DNA of 64,000 nt from an uncultured virus (IMG/VR IMGVR_UViG_3300042895_000198) (taxonomy: Duplodnaviria > Heunggongvirae > Uroviricota > Caudoviricetes), in IMG/VR virus record IMGVR_UViG_3300042895_000198, positions 1 to 64,000 of that record. One strand, given 5' to 3'. The notes under the pieces were generated by a model. The model was not told the DNA's origin, ran no database searches, and worked only from the letters and a program-made list of their open reading frames with translations. The position numbers and the translations under genes were made by a program. This document shows, in pieces, positions 29,826 to 39,543 of the stretch. Positions within the stretch are counted from its first letter, which is position 1; every line of letters starts with the position of its first letter.

Positions 29826-30512
29826 ATGAAACTATCGAGTGAAACCCTTTCCGTCTTAAAGAATTTTGGTACTATTAACCAAGGTCTGTTCTTTAAAACT
29901 GGTAAAACCCTAAAGACCGTATCGTCACACAAGAACATTCTTGCACAAGTGACAATCAATGAAGAAGTGCCTACAGATTTTGGTGTTTATGACCTAAACA
30001 ACTTTTTGTCGGTTGTTTCTTTACACAAAGATGACCCATCATTTGAGTTTGATGAAAAACATGTTGTAATCGTTGGCAACAAAGGCCGTTCTAAGATTAA
30101 GTACCGCTTCTGTGACCCTACAATGATTAACACGCCACCAGAAAAAGAACTGACAATGCCTGAGGCTGAAATTACTTTCAACCTAACGTCAGAAGATTTT
30201 GATTGGATTCTCCGTGCGGCATCTGTGTTGTCTTCACCACAAATTGCTATTGAATCTGATGGTACAGAAGTAAACATTGTGACATTAGACACACAAAATG
30301 ATTCTGCTCATACTGATGCATTGAAACTTGATACTGTTGGTAATGGTAGTAAGTATCGTATGATTTTCAAAACAGAAAATGTTAGCAAGATTTTGCCTGG
30401 AACATATGATGTATCCATTTCATCAAAAGGCATCTCACATTTCAAAAACAAAAATGTAACATTGCAATACTGGATTACTACAGAACAAGGTAGTAAATTC
30501 TCCAAAGAATAA
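29826..30512 (+). CDS. gp45: Sliding clamp
   Basis: MKLSSETLSVLKNFGTIN, FGVYDLNNFL; upstream of gp44. Confidence 0.93.
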   Translation: MKLSSETLSVLKNFGTINQGLFFKTGKTLKTVSSHKNILAQVTINEEVPTDFGVYDLNNFLSVVSLHKDDPSFEFDEKHVVIVGNKGRSKIKYRFCDPTMINTPPEKELTMPEAEITFNLTSEDFDWILRAASVLSSPQIAIESDGTEVNIVTLDTQNDSAHTDALKLDTVGNGSKYRMIFKTENVSKILPGTYDVSISSKGISHFKNKNVTLQYWITTEQGSKFSKE

Positions 30513-30551
30513 TTGTTCTTTTTTTTATTATGATTTATGTGAAAGGTTCCT

Positions 30552-31484
30552 ATGGAACATCTATTGTGGACAGAGAAGTATCGGCCTCAAACAATCGAGG
30601 ATTGTATTCTACCAGAAAGGTTGAAAAAACCATTCCAAGAATACGTGAATCAGAAAAACATTCCCAATCTTCTGCTGGCTGGTGGGGCAGGAGTAGGGAA
30701 GACAACAGTAGCGAAAGCCATGTGCAACGAAATCGGTTGCGACTACATGGTAATCAATGGTTCTGACGAATCAGGTATTGACACATTCAGAACCAAGATT
30801 AAGAATTATGCCTCGTCAATGAGTTTAACTGGTGGCCGCAAGGTCATCATCATTGACGAAGCTGATTATTTGAATCCTAATTCTACACAACCAGCCTTAC
30901 GTAATGCTATTGAAGAATTTGCAAGCAATTGTTCATTCATTTTCACATGTAATTACAAGAATCGTATCATTGAACCATTGCATTCACGTTGTGCAGTTAT
31001 TGAATTCTCGTTGAAGAATGGTGAGAAAGCCAAGATGGCCTCTGCGTTCTTTAAGAGAGTTCAGAATGTTTTGCAAAGTGAAAATGTTGAGTATGAAGAC
31101 AAGGTTATTGCTGAGTTAACAAAGAAACACTTTCCAGATTTTCGCCGTATTCTAAATGAGTTACAGCGTTACTCACAGTTTGGTAAAATCGATACAGGCA
31201 TTCTTGCTCAAATCGGTGATGTTTCTATTGATGAAGTTGTAAAGTTTATCCGTGATAAGGACTTTGGTGCTATTCGTAAATGGGTTGCAACCAATGAAGT
31301 GGATTCTGGTACATTATTCCGTAAGATTTACGATTCGATGTATGATGTAATGAAACCTCAATCTATTCCACAAGCAGTATTGATTCTTGCTGACTACCAG
31401 TACAAGTCTGCTTTTGTGGCCGACCATGAGATTAATACAGTTGCTTGCTTGACAGAAATCATGGTGAATTGTGAGTTTGTATGA
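30552..31484 (+). CDS. gp44: Clamp loader large subunit
   Basis: LWTEKYRP, GAGVGKTT, IIDEAD, SRC, FPDFRR. Confidence 0.95.
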   Translation: MEHLLWTEKYRPQTIEDCILPERLKKPFQEYVNQKNIPNLLLAGGAGVGKTTVAKAMCNEIGCDYMVINGSDESGIDTFRTKIKNYASSMSLTGGRKVIIIDEADYLNPNSTQPALRNAIEEFASNCSFIFTCNYKNRIIEPLHSRCAVIEFSLKNGEKAKMASAFFKRVQNVLQSENVEYEDKVIAELTKKHFPDFRRILNELQRYSQFGKIDTGILAQIGDVSIDEVVKFIRDKDFGAIRKWVATNEVDSGTLFRKIYDSMYDVMKPQSIPQAVLILADYQYKSAFVADHEINTVACLTEIMVNCEFV

Positions 31485-31771
31485 TTTTAGATTTATTCAA
31501 ACCTACAGTAGAATGGATTAAAAATGACTGGTACAGTAATCGTTTTCGTTTTGGCGTTGAGCTTATTGCTTGGGGTATCAGTATTGGGTGTTCTATTACC
31601 ATGGCTCTCACAGTCCCGAATCCTCCCCTACTATATCTTTACCCTATTTGGATTGTCGGCTGTGGTCTCTACGCTTGGGCTGCTTGGACTCGCAAATCTT
31701 TTGGCATGTTGGCTAACTACATGCTTTTGGTAACAATTGATTCTGTTGGATTGATTAGGATGCTAACATGA
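31481..31771 (+). CDS. Small membrane protein
   Basis: About three hydrophobic segments; translationally coupled between gp44 and gp62. Confidence 0.65.
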   Translation: MILDLFKPTVEWIKNDWYSNRFRFGVELIAWGISIGCSITMALTVPNPPLLYLYPIWIVGCGLYAWAAWTRKSFGMLANYMLLVTIDSVGLIRMLT

Positions 31772-32151
31772 GTCCATTTGATTATGTCAATTCAATCCTA
31801 CAAAACAAGAAACAGTTAATTGTAGATGAGGCTACAGAAAAGGAATATGCACCTTTTCTAGTCAATCGCAGTCTTTCCTATCATAAAGACTGTATCATGT
31901 ATGCAAATGAGATGAACCGGAGGCACTTCCTCGATAAAAAACTACAGAATGATTTCCTTCTAAATACGGTAAGGTCACAGAAAAGACCATTTGCTAAGTG
32001 GGCTAAAGTTGAAAAAAGTGAAGATTTAGAATGTATAAAGCAAGTCTATAATTTCTCCAATTCTAAAGCTCGTGACGCCTTGCGTCTCCTTAGCAAAGAA
32101 CAAATCCAAGAATTAAAAGAAAAAACCGACACCGGTGGATTAAGGAAATGA
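31768..32151 (+). CDS. gp62: Clamp loader small subunit
   Basis: MSPFDYVNSI, PFLVNRSLS, ANEMN. Confidence 0.9.
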   Translation: MSPFDYVNSILQNKKQLIVDEATEKEYAPFLVNRSLSYHKDCIMYANEMNRRHFLDKKLQNDFLLNTVRSQKRPFAKWAKVEKSEDLECIKQVYNFSNSKARDALRLLSKEQIQELKEKTDTGGLRK

Positions 32152-32152
32152 T

Positions 32153-32557
32153 ATGGTTGATTTATCAAAGTTCGTTGAGGTTATTCTTAACGAACAGGAT
32201 GATTTTTTAAAGGTTCGTGAAACCCTAACAAGAATTGGTGTATCCTCTCGCAAAGAGAAAGTGTTATACCAATCTTGCCATATTCTGCATAAGCAGGGTA
32301 AGTATTATATTGTACACTTTAAAGAATTGTTTGCATTAGACGGAAAACCATCTAATATTTCTGAGAATGATATTCAAAGACGTAATGCTATTGCCAATTT
32401 ATTAGAAGAATGGGGTCTGATTAAAATCTTGAATAAAGAAATTATGACTGACAACATTGCACCATTACATCAAATTAAAATTATAGCTTTCAAAGAGAAA
32501 GACCAATGGGAACTTATTGCTAAGTATAACATTGGTAAGAAAACTCAGGATTATTGA
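32153..32557 (+). CDS. regA: Translational repressor
   Basis: DDFLKVRETLTRIG, LYQSCHILHKQGKYYIVHFKELF. Confidence 0.95.
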   Translation: MVDLSKFVEVILNEQDDFLKVRETLTRIGVSSRKEKVLYQSCHILHKQGKYYIVHFKELFALDGKPSNISENDIQRRNAIANLLEEWGLIKILNKEIMTDNIAPLHQIKIIAFKEKDQWELIAKYNIGKKTQDY

Positions 32558-32571
32558 TATGGTGATACATT

Positions 32572-32754
32572 ATGAAAACAGAACCAAAAAAAGTACAATT
32601 GAAAAACCTCTACACGGGTGATATTGTGTGGACGGATAATTATAATGATGTTAACAAAATAAATGAAGTTGAGTTTATACTTGTCTATAAAGAGAGTAAC
32701 CCACAACGAAAGTATTTTGTTAACCGCTTGGCATTCGAAACGCTAACTAAATAA
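32572..32754 (+). CDS. Hypothetical protein
   Basis: 60-aa ORF with GGTG RBS. Confidence 0.55.
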   Translation: MKTEPKKVQLKNLYTGDIVWTDNYNDVNKINEVEFILVYKESNPQRKYFVNRLAFETLTK

Positions 32755-32759
32755 TTAAA

Positions 32760-32925
32760 CCCACTCGGGATGGGACAAGGTGGGAGGTAACCTTGTTAAA
32801 CACCTTCAACGAACCCACCTTAGGGCCGTTTGATGCTACGGTAACAAGGCGTCCGTGCAATTGAACTGCCACACGTTAGTTGGTCCAGTATAAAGTAAGC
32901 TGGATGATATGCCTTCGGGGTATCA
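32760..32925 (+). ncRNA. Structured RNA / 5' leader of hsp20
   Basis: GC-richer intergenic region with several hairpins, up to three pseudoknots and a UUCG hairpin; late-type ACTAAATA at 32746-32753. Confidence 0.55.
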
Positions 32926-32956
32926 ATTTTATCAACTCGCTTAATAGGAGAAAACT

Positions 32957-33427
32957 ATGACTCGCTTTACAACATTGTATCCTCAGTTTGTTGGATTTGA
33001 CCAATTGTTTAATGAGCTCGAAAGACTCGTTGAAGGTCAAGCACCGACACGCAACACTTCTTTTCCACCACATAACGTAATCAAAGTAGATGACAGTCAT
33101 TATGTCGTTGAACTGGCCGTTGCTGGTTTTGCCAAGGATGAAATCGACATTGAGTTGGACGATGGACTTCTTGTTGTCAAAGGTGAAAAGAAAGATAAGG
33201 ACACCGAAGTAACATATATCCATCGTGGTATTGGTACTCGTTCGTTCACAAAATCTTTAACAATTGCTGATACAGTTGAAGTCCGTGGTGCAGAATTCAA
33301 GGATGGAATTTTGCGAATTGGTTTGGAGAATGTAATTCCTGAACACAAGAAACCACGTAAAATTGAAATCGGTAATGGATTAAAGTTACCTAAACCACAA
33401 CTGCTTCAAGAAAAAGAAACAGTTTAA
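32957..33427 (+). CDS. Small heat-shock protein (Hsp20/IbpA-like)
   Basis: FVGFDQLF, FPPHNV, ELAVAGF, YIHRGIGTRSF, DGILRI. Confidence 0.93.
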   Translation: MTRFTTLYPQFVGFDQLFNELERLVEGQAPTRNTSFPPHNVIKVDDSHYVVELAVAGFAKDEIDIELDDGLLVVKGEKKDKDTEVTYIHRGIGTRSFTKSLTIADTVEVRGAEFKDGILRIGLENVIPEHKKPRKIEIGNGLKLPKPQLLQEKETV

Positions 33428-33430
33428 TTG

Positions 33431-33451
33431 ATGGAGCTTCGGCTCCATTTT
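33431..33451 (+). terminator. Rho-independent terminator
   Basis: ATGGAGC-TTCG-GCTCCAT-TTT. Confidence 0.75.
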
Positions 33452-33459
33452 AATATATT

Positions 33460-34248
33460 ATGTCATTACTTGTTCTCAGTCATTTCCATAAAGATTTTCC
33501 AATTAACCTCAATTCGTCTTGGTTGATTCCATCCTTTGCGGGTGATAAACTATCAATTAAGGCAGTTGATGCTACAGAAGAAATCAAAGACTTCCGACAC
33601 TACTATGTTGGTGTAAGTGACGAACAATTTTATCGTGCAATGGGTGCTCAAGCAACTGAGTATATGATGTTAAAGTCTTCAACAAATCTTCCTGATTATG
33701 TTGGATGTTTAACCTATCGTAGATATCTTTTGCTGAACGACCAGATACCACAAGATAAAGTCAATATGCCTCCGACACAAGAGGTTGCTGACCAATTTGG
33801 TACAAAAGAAGAAAAAGATTTGATTGAAGAACTATTCAAGTCATATGATGTAATCACCAATAAGAATGTTACCTTTAATTGTTCAATCGAGCAACAATAC
33901 TTAATGTATGAACTGCCTGAACATTGGTTCCTATTCAAAGAGGCTATTACAAAATTATGTCCTGAATATGTAAATGATATGTCGTGGTTTACAGAGAACA
34001 ACTCAATGCACGCTGAAACATCCTATATTATGAAACGTGAATGCTTTGTTAAGTATGCTACTGAGTTGTTCCAAATATTAAAGTATGTTTTCGATAATTG
34101 TAGTGAAGTTTATCCAGTACAAGATGGAAGATGTAGTGAAATATATCCTTGGAGATATCCTGGTTATTTGGGTGAAAGGTTTTTACCTTTCTTTGTTTAT
34201 GCAAATAAATTGAAAGCGAAGCAATTTCCACTTGCTATTTTAATATGA
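33460..34248 (+). CDS. DUF4422-like glycan biosynthesis protein
   Basis: DYVGCLTYRRY, YIMKRECF..Y, RYPGYLGERF. Confidence 0.7.
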   Translation: MSLLVLSHFHKDFPINLNSSWLIPSFAGDKLSIKAVDATEEIKDFRHYYVGVSDEQFYRAMGAQATEYMMLKSSTNLPDYVGCLTYRRYLLLNDQIPQDKVNMPPTQEVADQFGTKEEKDLIEELFKSYDVITNKNVTFNCSIEQQYLMYELPEHWFLFKEAITKLCPEYVNDMSWFTENNSMHAETSYIMKRECFVKYATELFQILKYVFDNCSEVYPVQDGRCSEIYPWRYPGYLGERFLPFFVYANKLKAKQFPLAILI

Positions 34249-34703
34249 AACAGAAATTTATAGATGCACACATGAAAGTGGCTGAAGTATATGCAGGATT
34301 ATCTTCAGCAAAGAGACTTCAAGTTGGTGCAATTATTGTAAAAGATGACCGCATCATTTCTATTGGCTACAATGGTATGCCAAGTGGATGGGATAACAAC
34401 TGTGAATATGTTGCTGATGTTCATCCTAGTGATCCTAGATATGATTACAATAATTTTAGCAAAGAACTTAAAACCAAACCAGAGGTACTACATGCCGAAA
34501 CCAATGCAATCGCTAAATTGGCTAGGACTACTGAGAGTGGTTTAGGTGCTACTATGTTTGTAACTCATGCGCCTTGTATTGATTGTGCCAAGTTGGTTTT
34601 CCAAAGTGGTATCAATAGTGTTTATTATCGGAATAGTTATCGTGATGATGACGGAATTGAATTTTTAAAGAAGTGTAACGTAGAGGTAATTAAATATGAC
34701 TAG
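34245..34703 (+). CDS. dCMP deaminase
   Basis: SIGYNG, HAETNAI, PCIDC. Confidence 0.92.
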   Translation: MKQKFIDAHMKVAEVYAGLSSAKRLQVGAIIVKDDRIISIGYNGMPSGWDNNCEYVADVHPSDPRYDYNNFSKELKTKPEVLHAETNAIAKLARTTESGLGATMFVTHAPCIDCAKLVFQSGINSVYYRNSYRDDDGIEFLKKCNVEVIKYD

Positions 34704-35061
34704 TGTTTTTAAAGATGTTGAAACGTTTATGACGGCTGCAGGCCAAACTACAGATACGGATAATGGTGAACAAGCATTGTTGTACCGAAGGCTAATCAAT
34801 GAAGAATACCACGAATTCATTGATGCTGTTAGTAAGAATGATGATGTTGAAACCATCGATGCCTGTTTTGATACTATGTGGGTAATCATTGGGTATATGA
34901 AGTCTCGTGGTTGGGACACAAAGGGTGTTTGGGATGAAGGTTCCCTTAGTAACCTAAAGAAGATTGATAGCAAAACTAAAACGGTAATCAAACGTGAAGA
35001 CGGCAAAGTTCTTAAACCTGAAGGTTGGAAGAAGCCAGATTTCACCAAGTTTGCCAAGTAA
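34696..35061 (+). CDS. MazG-like / PRA-PH-like NTP pyrophosphohydrolase
   Basis: LINEEYHE, IDACFD, SNLKK, REDGKVLKPEGW. Confidence 0.8.
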   Translation: MTSVFKDVETFMTAAGQTTDTDNGEQALLYRRLINEEYHEFIDAVSKNDDVETIDACFDTMWVIIGYMKSRGWDTKGVWDEGSLSNLKKIDSKTKTVIKREDGKVLKPEGWKKPDFTKFAK

Positions 35062-35065
35062 AAGC

Positions 35066-35094
35066 TTGCAATTTATTAAGAAGTCTGTTATAAT
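35066..35094 (+). promoter_or_regulatory. Sigma70-type promoter
   Basis: TTGCAA-N17-TATAAT with extended -10. Confidence 0.75.
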
Positions 35095-35124
35095 ACATTA
35101 TCGTATATTTTTTAAGAGGTAAAT

Positions 35125-35343
35125 ATGAATTTACGTGAAGTGGCCAAAAGGTTGGTCAATGAGTACAAAATGCCTCATGCGGACAGATATGAACTGTTCT
35201 TGCGTGAGTTTGATAACAAGGTCGAGGTTGTTGGTTGGATGCAAGACCCAACCATTGATGCTCACAAGTTTAACGGCCGTGAGATGCTTATCCCAAAACG
35301 TTGGGTTACCATTGGTGTAGTTGATGCGGAGGTTCGTGTATGA
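35125..35343 (+). CDS. Hypothetical protein
   Basis: GAGG RBS, 72 aa. Confidence 0.65.
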   Translation: MNLREVAKRLVNEYKMPHADRYELFLREFDNKVEVVGWMQDPTIDAHKFNGREMLIPKRWVTIGVVDAEVRV

Positions 35344-35636
35344 ATCTCCAATTAATTACTTTCAAAACAAACCACACCCTTTTGGCTGAGGTTGTGGAAG
35401 AATCAGGTTATATTCTGGTAAAGAAACCTGTTCAATGCATCATGCAACCAACTAAAGATGGCCCTATGATGGCATTCTCTCCTTTTATCCAATTCTGTGA
35501 AGAATTTGAAACTGGTATCAGAATCAATAATGAGGACATTCTTTGTACCACAACTCCTTTACGGGAATTGATGAATCAGTATAGTGAAATGTTTGGGTCT
35601 GGCATTCAAATTGCCACATCTATTCCAAAATTCTGA
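35340..35636 (+). CDS. Hypothetical protein (Sm-like)
   Basis: Coupled ORF before gp43; C-term QYSEMFGSGIQ. Confidence 0.65.
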   Translation: MNLQLITFKTNHTLLAEVVEESGYILVKKPVQCIMQPTKDGPMMAFSPFIQFCEEFETGIRINNEDILCTTTPLRELMNQYSEMFGSGIQIATSIPKF

Positions 35637-35648
35637 TATAATGTATGA

Positions 35649-38189
35649 ATGACTAATCAATATTACACTAACGTTGTCGGTGTTGGCAACAATATTTTCT
35701 ATCGTGGTGTAAAAGACGGCCGGCGTGTTAAGTATAAAATTGCTTACACGCCGACTTTGTTTTTACGCTCTAATAAAACCACTAACTTCAAAACACTTGA
35801 AGGTGAATATCTTGAGCCTATGAAGTTCGAAGGTATGCGTGAGGCTCGTGATTTCGTTAAACGTTATGATGGTGTTCAAGGCTTTGATGTATTTGGTAAT
35901 GCCAACTTTCAATATGCTTTCATTGCTGACCAACACAAAGGTATGATTGATTGGGACATTAACCATGTTTCAATTGCAGTTATCGATATTGAAGTTGGTT
36001 CTGAAAATGGTTTCCCTGACCCATATCAAGCAAATGAACCTATCACAGCTATTTGTGTCAAGTATTTGAATGGTGTTGCAACTGTATTTGGTTGTGGTGA
36101 GTTTAGAAATGACCGTGAAGATGTTATCTACACCAAGTGTGATGATGAATATGACCTGTGTAAAAAGTTTTTGGCCTTTTGGTCAGAAAATTGTCCAGAT
36201 GTAATTTCTGGTTGGAATGTTAAGTTCTTTGATATTCCATATCTTGTGAATCGTATCACTAAAATTCTCGGTGATGACGATGTTAAGAAACTATCACCAT
36301 GGAATTATATCAATAGTCGTAAGGCTGTTGTGAACAATCGTGAGCTAATTGCATATGAATTCACAGGTGTTTCCACATTAGATTATATTGAATTGTACAG
36401 ATGGTATGCGCCAGGTGGTAAATCACAAGAGTCATATCGTTTGGATAATATTTCACAAGTTGAATTGGGTGAAGGTAAGATTTCATATGATGAGTTCGAT
36501 AACTTGCATCAGTTGTATCGTTTAGATTACCAAAAGTTTATTGAGTACAACATCAAAGACGTAGAGTTGATTTTCAAACTAGAGAACAAGTTGAAGTTGA
36601 TTGAGTTGGGCTTGACTCTTGCTTATGATACCAAAACAAACTACGAAGATATCTTTGCACAAACTCGTATGTGGGATTCTTTGATTTACAATTACTTGTT
36701 GGACAAAAAGATTATTGTTCCTCCTAAAGTTGTAAAGAGTAAGACTGCGGCCTTTGAAGGTGCCTATGTTAAAGACCCACAAGTCGGTATGCATAACTAT
36801 GTGGCATCATTTGACTTGAACAGTTTGTATCCTCACCTGATGATGCAATATAACATTTCACCTGAAACATTGGTTGAGCCACATGATTATACTCCTGAGA
36901 TGAGACAAATCATTTCTTCTGGTGTAAGCGTTGATAAATTGTTGCTTAAAGAAGTTAATCTATCAAATATGAGTGGTGTAACTATTACTCCAAATGGTCA
37001 ATTCTTCTCAACAACTAAAAAAGGTTTCTTACCTCAGATGCTAGAAGAAATGTATGTGGATCGTTCAAAGTTTAAGAAAATGATGATTCAAGCTAAGAAA
37101 GATTATGAAGTTGAGACTGATCCTAATAAAAAGTATGAACTGAAAAACAAGATTGCTCGTTATGATAACCTGCAATTGGCCAAGAAAGTCTCTCTCAATA
37201 GTGCTTACGGTGCTCTAGGTTCCCAGTATTTCAGATTCTATGACCTTAGAATGGCCTTGGGTGTTACTACTGCTGGTCAATTTTCTATTCGTTGGATCGA
37301 AGCTAAAATTAACCAGTACATGAACAAGTTGCTAGATAGTGATAAAGACTATGTGATTGCTTCTGATACTGATTCGATTTACCTCCGTCTTGGTGAATTG
37401 GTTGAAAAAGTTTATGGTAAGAAAAGTGGTGTGCCTGAACAAAAGATTATTGAATTCATGGACAAAGTTTGTGAAGAAAAACTTCAACCACACATAGATA
37501 AATCTTATACAGAGTTGGCTGATTATGTTCATGCCTATGCTCAGAAGATGCAGATGAAACGTGAAGGTTTGGCTAACAAAGGTATTTGGACTGCCAAGAA
37601 ACGTTACATTCTAAATGTGTTTAATAATGAAGGTGTGCAGTACAAAGAACCTAAGATGAAAGTCATGGGCCTTGAGATGATTAAGTCATCTACACCTGCT
37701 GCCATCCGTGAGAAGATGAGAAAATCAATTGACATTATGATTAACGGCACCGAATCCGATATTCATAAATTCATTGAAGATTTCAGAAATGAATTTAAGC
37801 AGTTGCCGGCTGAAGATATTTCTTTCCCCCGTGGTCTGAATGGTCTGAAAGAATACTCTGACAATGTGACTCTATATAAGAAGGGTACACCAATCCATGT
37901 GAAGGGTGCTATTCTTTATAACACCAAACTGAAAGCAATGAAACTTGATAAAAAGTATGCATTGATTCAAGAAGGTGAGAAGATTAAATTCACATATTTG
38001 AAACAACCAAATCCCATGAAAGATACGGTTATTTCATACCCAAATAGATTGCCAGTGGAGTTTGGCTTGCAAGAGTTTATTGATTATGATATGCAATTCA
38101 ATAAGGCATTCCTTGAACCAATTAAAGTAATTTTAGATTGCATGAATTGGACAACAGAACAACAGAATTCCTTAGAGAGTTTTTTTTAA
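35649..38189 (+). CDS. gp43: Family B DNA polymerase
   Basis: DIEV exonuclease motif, SFDLNSLYP, KVSLNSAYG, ASDTDS. Confidence 0.97.
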   Translation: MTNQYYTNVVGVGNNIFYRGVKDGRRVKYKIAYTPTLFLRSNKTTNFKTLEGEYLEPMKFEGMREARDFVKRYDGVQGFDVFGNANFQYAFIADQHKGMIDWDINHVSIAVIDIEVGSENGFPDPYQANEPITAICVKYLNGVATVFGCGEFRNDREDVIYTKCDDEYDLCKKFLAFWSENCPDVISGWNVKFFDIPYLVNRITKILGDDDVKKLSPWNYINSRKAVVNNRELIAYEFTGVSTLDYIELYRWYAPGGKSQESYRLDNISQVELGEGKISYDEFDNLHQLYRLDYQKFIEYNIKDVELIFKLENKLKLIELGLTLAYDTKTNYEDIFAQTRMWDSLIYNYLLDKKIIVPPKVVKSKTAAFEGAYVKDPQVGMHNYVASFDLNSLYPHLMMQYNISPETLVEPHDYTPEMRQIISSGVSVDKLLLKEVNLSNMSGVTITPNGQFFSTTKKGFLPQMLEEMYVDRSKFKKMMIQAKKDYEVETDPNKKYELKNKIARYDNLQLAKKVSLNSAYGALGSQYFRFYDLRMALGVTTAGQFSIRWIEAKINQYMNKLLDSDKDYVIASDTDSIYLRLGELVEKVYGKKSGVPEQKIIEFMDKVCEEKLQPHIDKSYTELADYVHAYAQKMQMKREGLANKGIWTAKKRYILNVFNNEGVQYKEPKMKVMGLEMIKSSTPAAIREKMRKSIDIMINGTESDIHKFIEDFRNEFKQLPAEDISFPRGLNGLKEYSDNVTLYKKGTPIHVKGAILYNTKLKAMKLDKKYALIQEGEKIKFTYLKQPNPMKDTVISYPNRLPVEFGLQEFIDYDMQFNKAFLEPIKVILDCMNWTTEQQNSLESFF

Positions 38190-38201
38190 AAAGAGGTTAA
38201 A

Positions 38202-39257
38202 ATGAGTTTACTTGAGAAATTGAAAAAGAATTCGACAATTAAAGATAGTGCAATTCTATCTAAGTCTAAATTCTTCACAGAAAAAGATATGATTCCGACT
38301 GCCGTGCCAATGATTAACGTTGCACTATCTGGTCGGTTAGATGGCGGCATTACACCAGGCCTTACAATGTGGGCAGGTCCATCTAAACACTTCAAGACAG
38401 CGTTTAGTTTGTTGATGGCTAAATCTTACATGGACAAATATCCAGAAGCAATTCTATTGTTCTATGATTCAGAGTTTGGTACACCAGTTAAATACTTTGA
38501 AACATTTGGTATTGATATGGATCGTGTGTTGCATACACCATTGACCAATATTGAACAGTTGAAGTTTGATATTATGCAACAGTTTGAAAACATTGAACGT
38601 GGTGATAAACTTATGGTTATCCTCGATTCAATTGGCAATTTGGCTTCGAAGAAAGAAGTTGAAGATGCTCTTGAAGGCAAATCAGTTGCAGATATGTCTA
38701 GAGCAAAACAAGTTAAGAGTTTGTTCCGTATGGTAACACCACACTTAACCATTAAAGATATTCCTATGGTTGTTGTGAATCACACATACAAAGAAATTGG
38801 AATGTTCCCTAAAGATATTGTTGGTGGTGGTACAGGTTCATATTACTCAGCTGACAACATTTATATTCTCGGTCGTCAACAAGACAAAGAAGGTACTGAA
38901 ATTGTTGGTTATCATTTTATTATCAATGTCGAAAAATCACGTTATGTTAAAGAAAAATCTAAAATTCCTATCTCTGTATCTTTTGACGGTGGCATCAGCC
39001 GTTACTCTGGTCTGCTTGACCTTGCTATTGAATCCGGACATGTGGTTAAACCTGCCAATGGTTGGTATGCAAAAGTAGACCAAGCAACTGGTGAAGTTGG
39101 TGACAAGAAACGAATTGCTGACACAACGTCAGCTGAATTCATGGAACCAATTTTAAAAGATCCGAAATTTAAACAATTCATTAAACACAAATATGAAATC
39201 GCTTATGGCAGCATTATGGGAGAAACTCCCGTGGTCGAAGAAACCGAAGAAAGTTGA
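38202..39257 (+). CDS. uvsX: RecA-like recombinase
   Basis: AGPSKHFKT, FYDSEFG, DSIGNLAS, GGTG. Confidence 0.95.
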   Translation: MSLLEKLKKNSTIKDSAILSKSKFFTEKDMIPTAVPMINVALSGRLDGGITPGLTMWAGPSKHFKTAFSLLMAKSYMDKYPEAILLFYDSEFGTPVKYFETFGIDMDRVLHTPLTNIEQLKFDIMQQFENIERGDKLMVILDSIGNLASKKEVEDALEGKSVADMSRAKQVKSLFRMVTPHLTIKDIPMVVVNHTYKEIGMFPKDIVGGGTGSYYSADNIYILGRQQDKEGTEIVGYHFIINVEKSRYVKEKSKIPISVSFDGGISRYSGLLDLAIESGHVVKPANGWYAKVDQATGEVGDKKRIADTTSAEFMEPILKDPKFKQFIKHKYEIAYGSIMGETPVVEETEES

Positions 39258-39543
39258 GTATCGGTTCCAACAAAGTGAGTCTGATGACTCAACTTTGGTA
39301 GAAATCACATCGGGTGAATACACCGGTGTGGTTTACTCTTATGGTATGGTTAAATTGAAGCCCGAATCGGTGATACCGATACTTCAGTTTAACTATAACA
39401 TTTATCATTCAGGTCAACATGACAAGCAGGCCTTGCAAAATAATGATAATTTTGTTACAATCATAGGTGACATACTTACAGAAATTATTATACAAAATGA
39501 ATCGACTAGAACAAACGATACTGAAGAATCTGATATACAATGA
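39193..39543 (+). CDS. Hypothetical protein (gp40 position)
   Basis: Between uvsX and gp41, overlapping both; start uncertain. Confidence 0.55.
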   Translation: MKSLMAALWEKLPWSKKPKKVEYRFQQSESDDSTLVEITSGEYTGVVYSYGMVKLKPESVIPILQFNYNIYHSGQHDKQALQNNDNFVTIIGDILTEIIIQNESTRTNDTEESDIQ

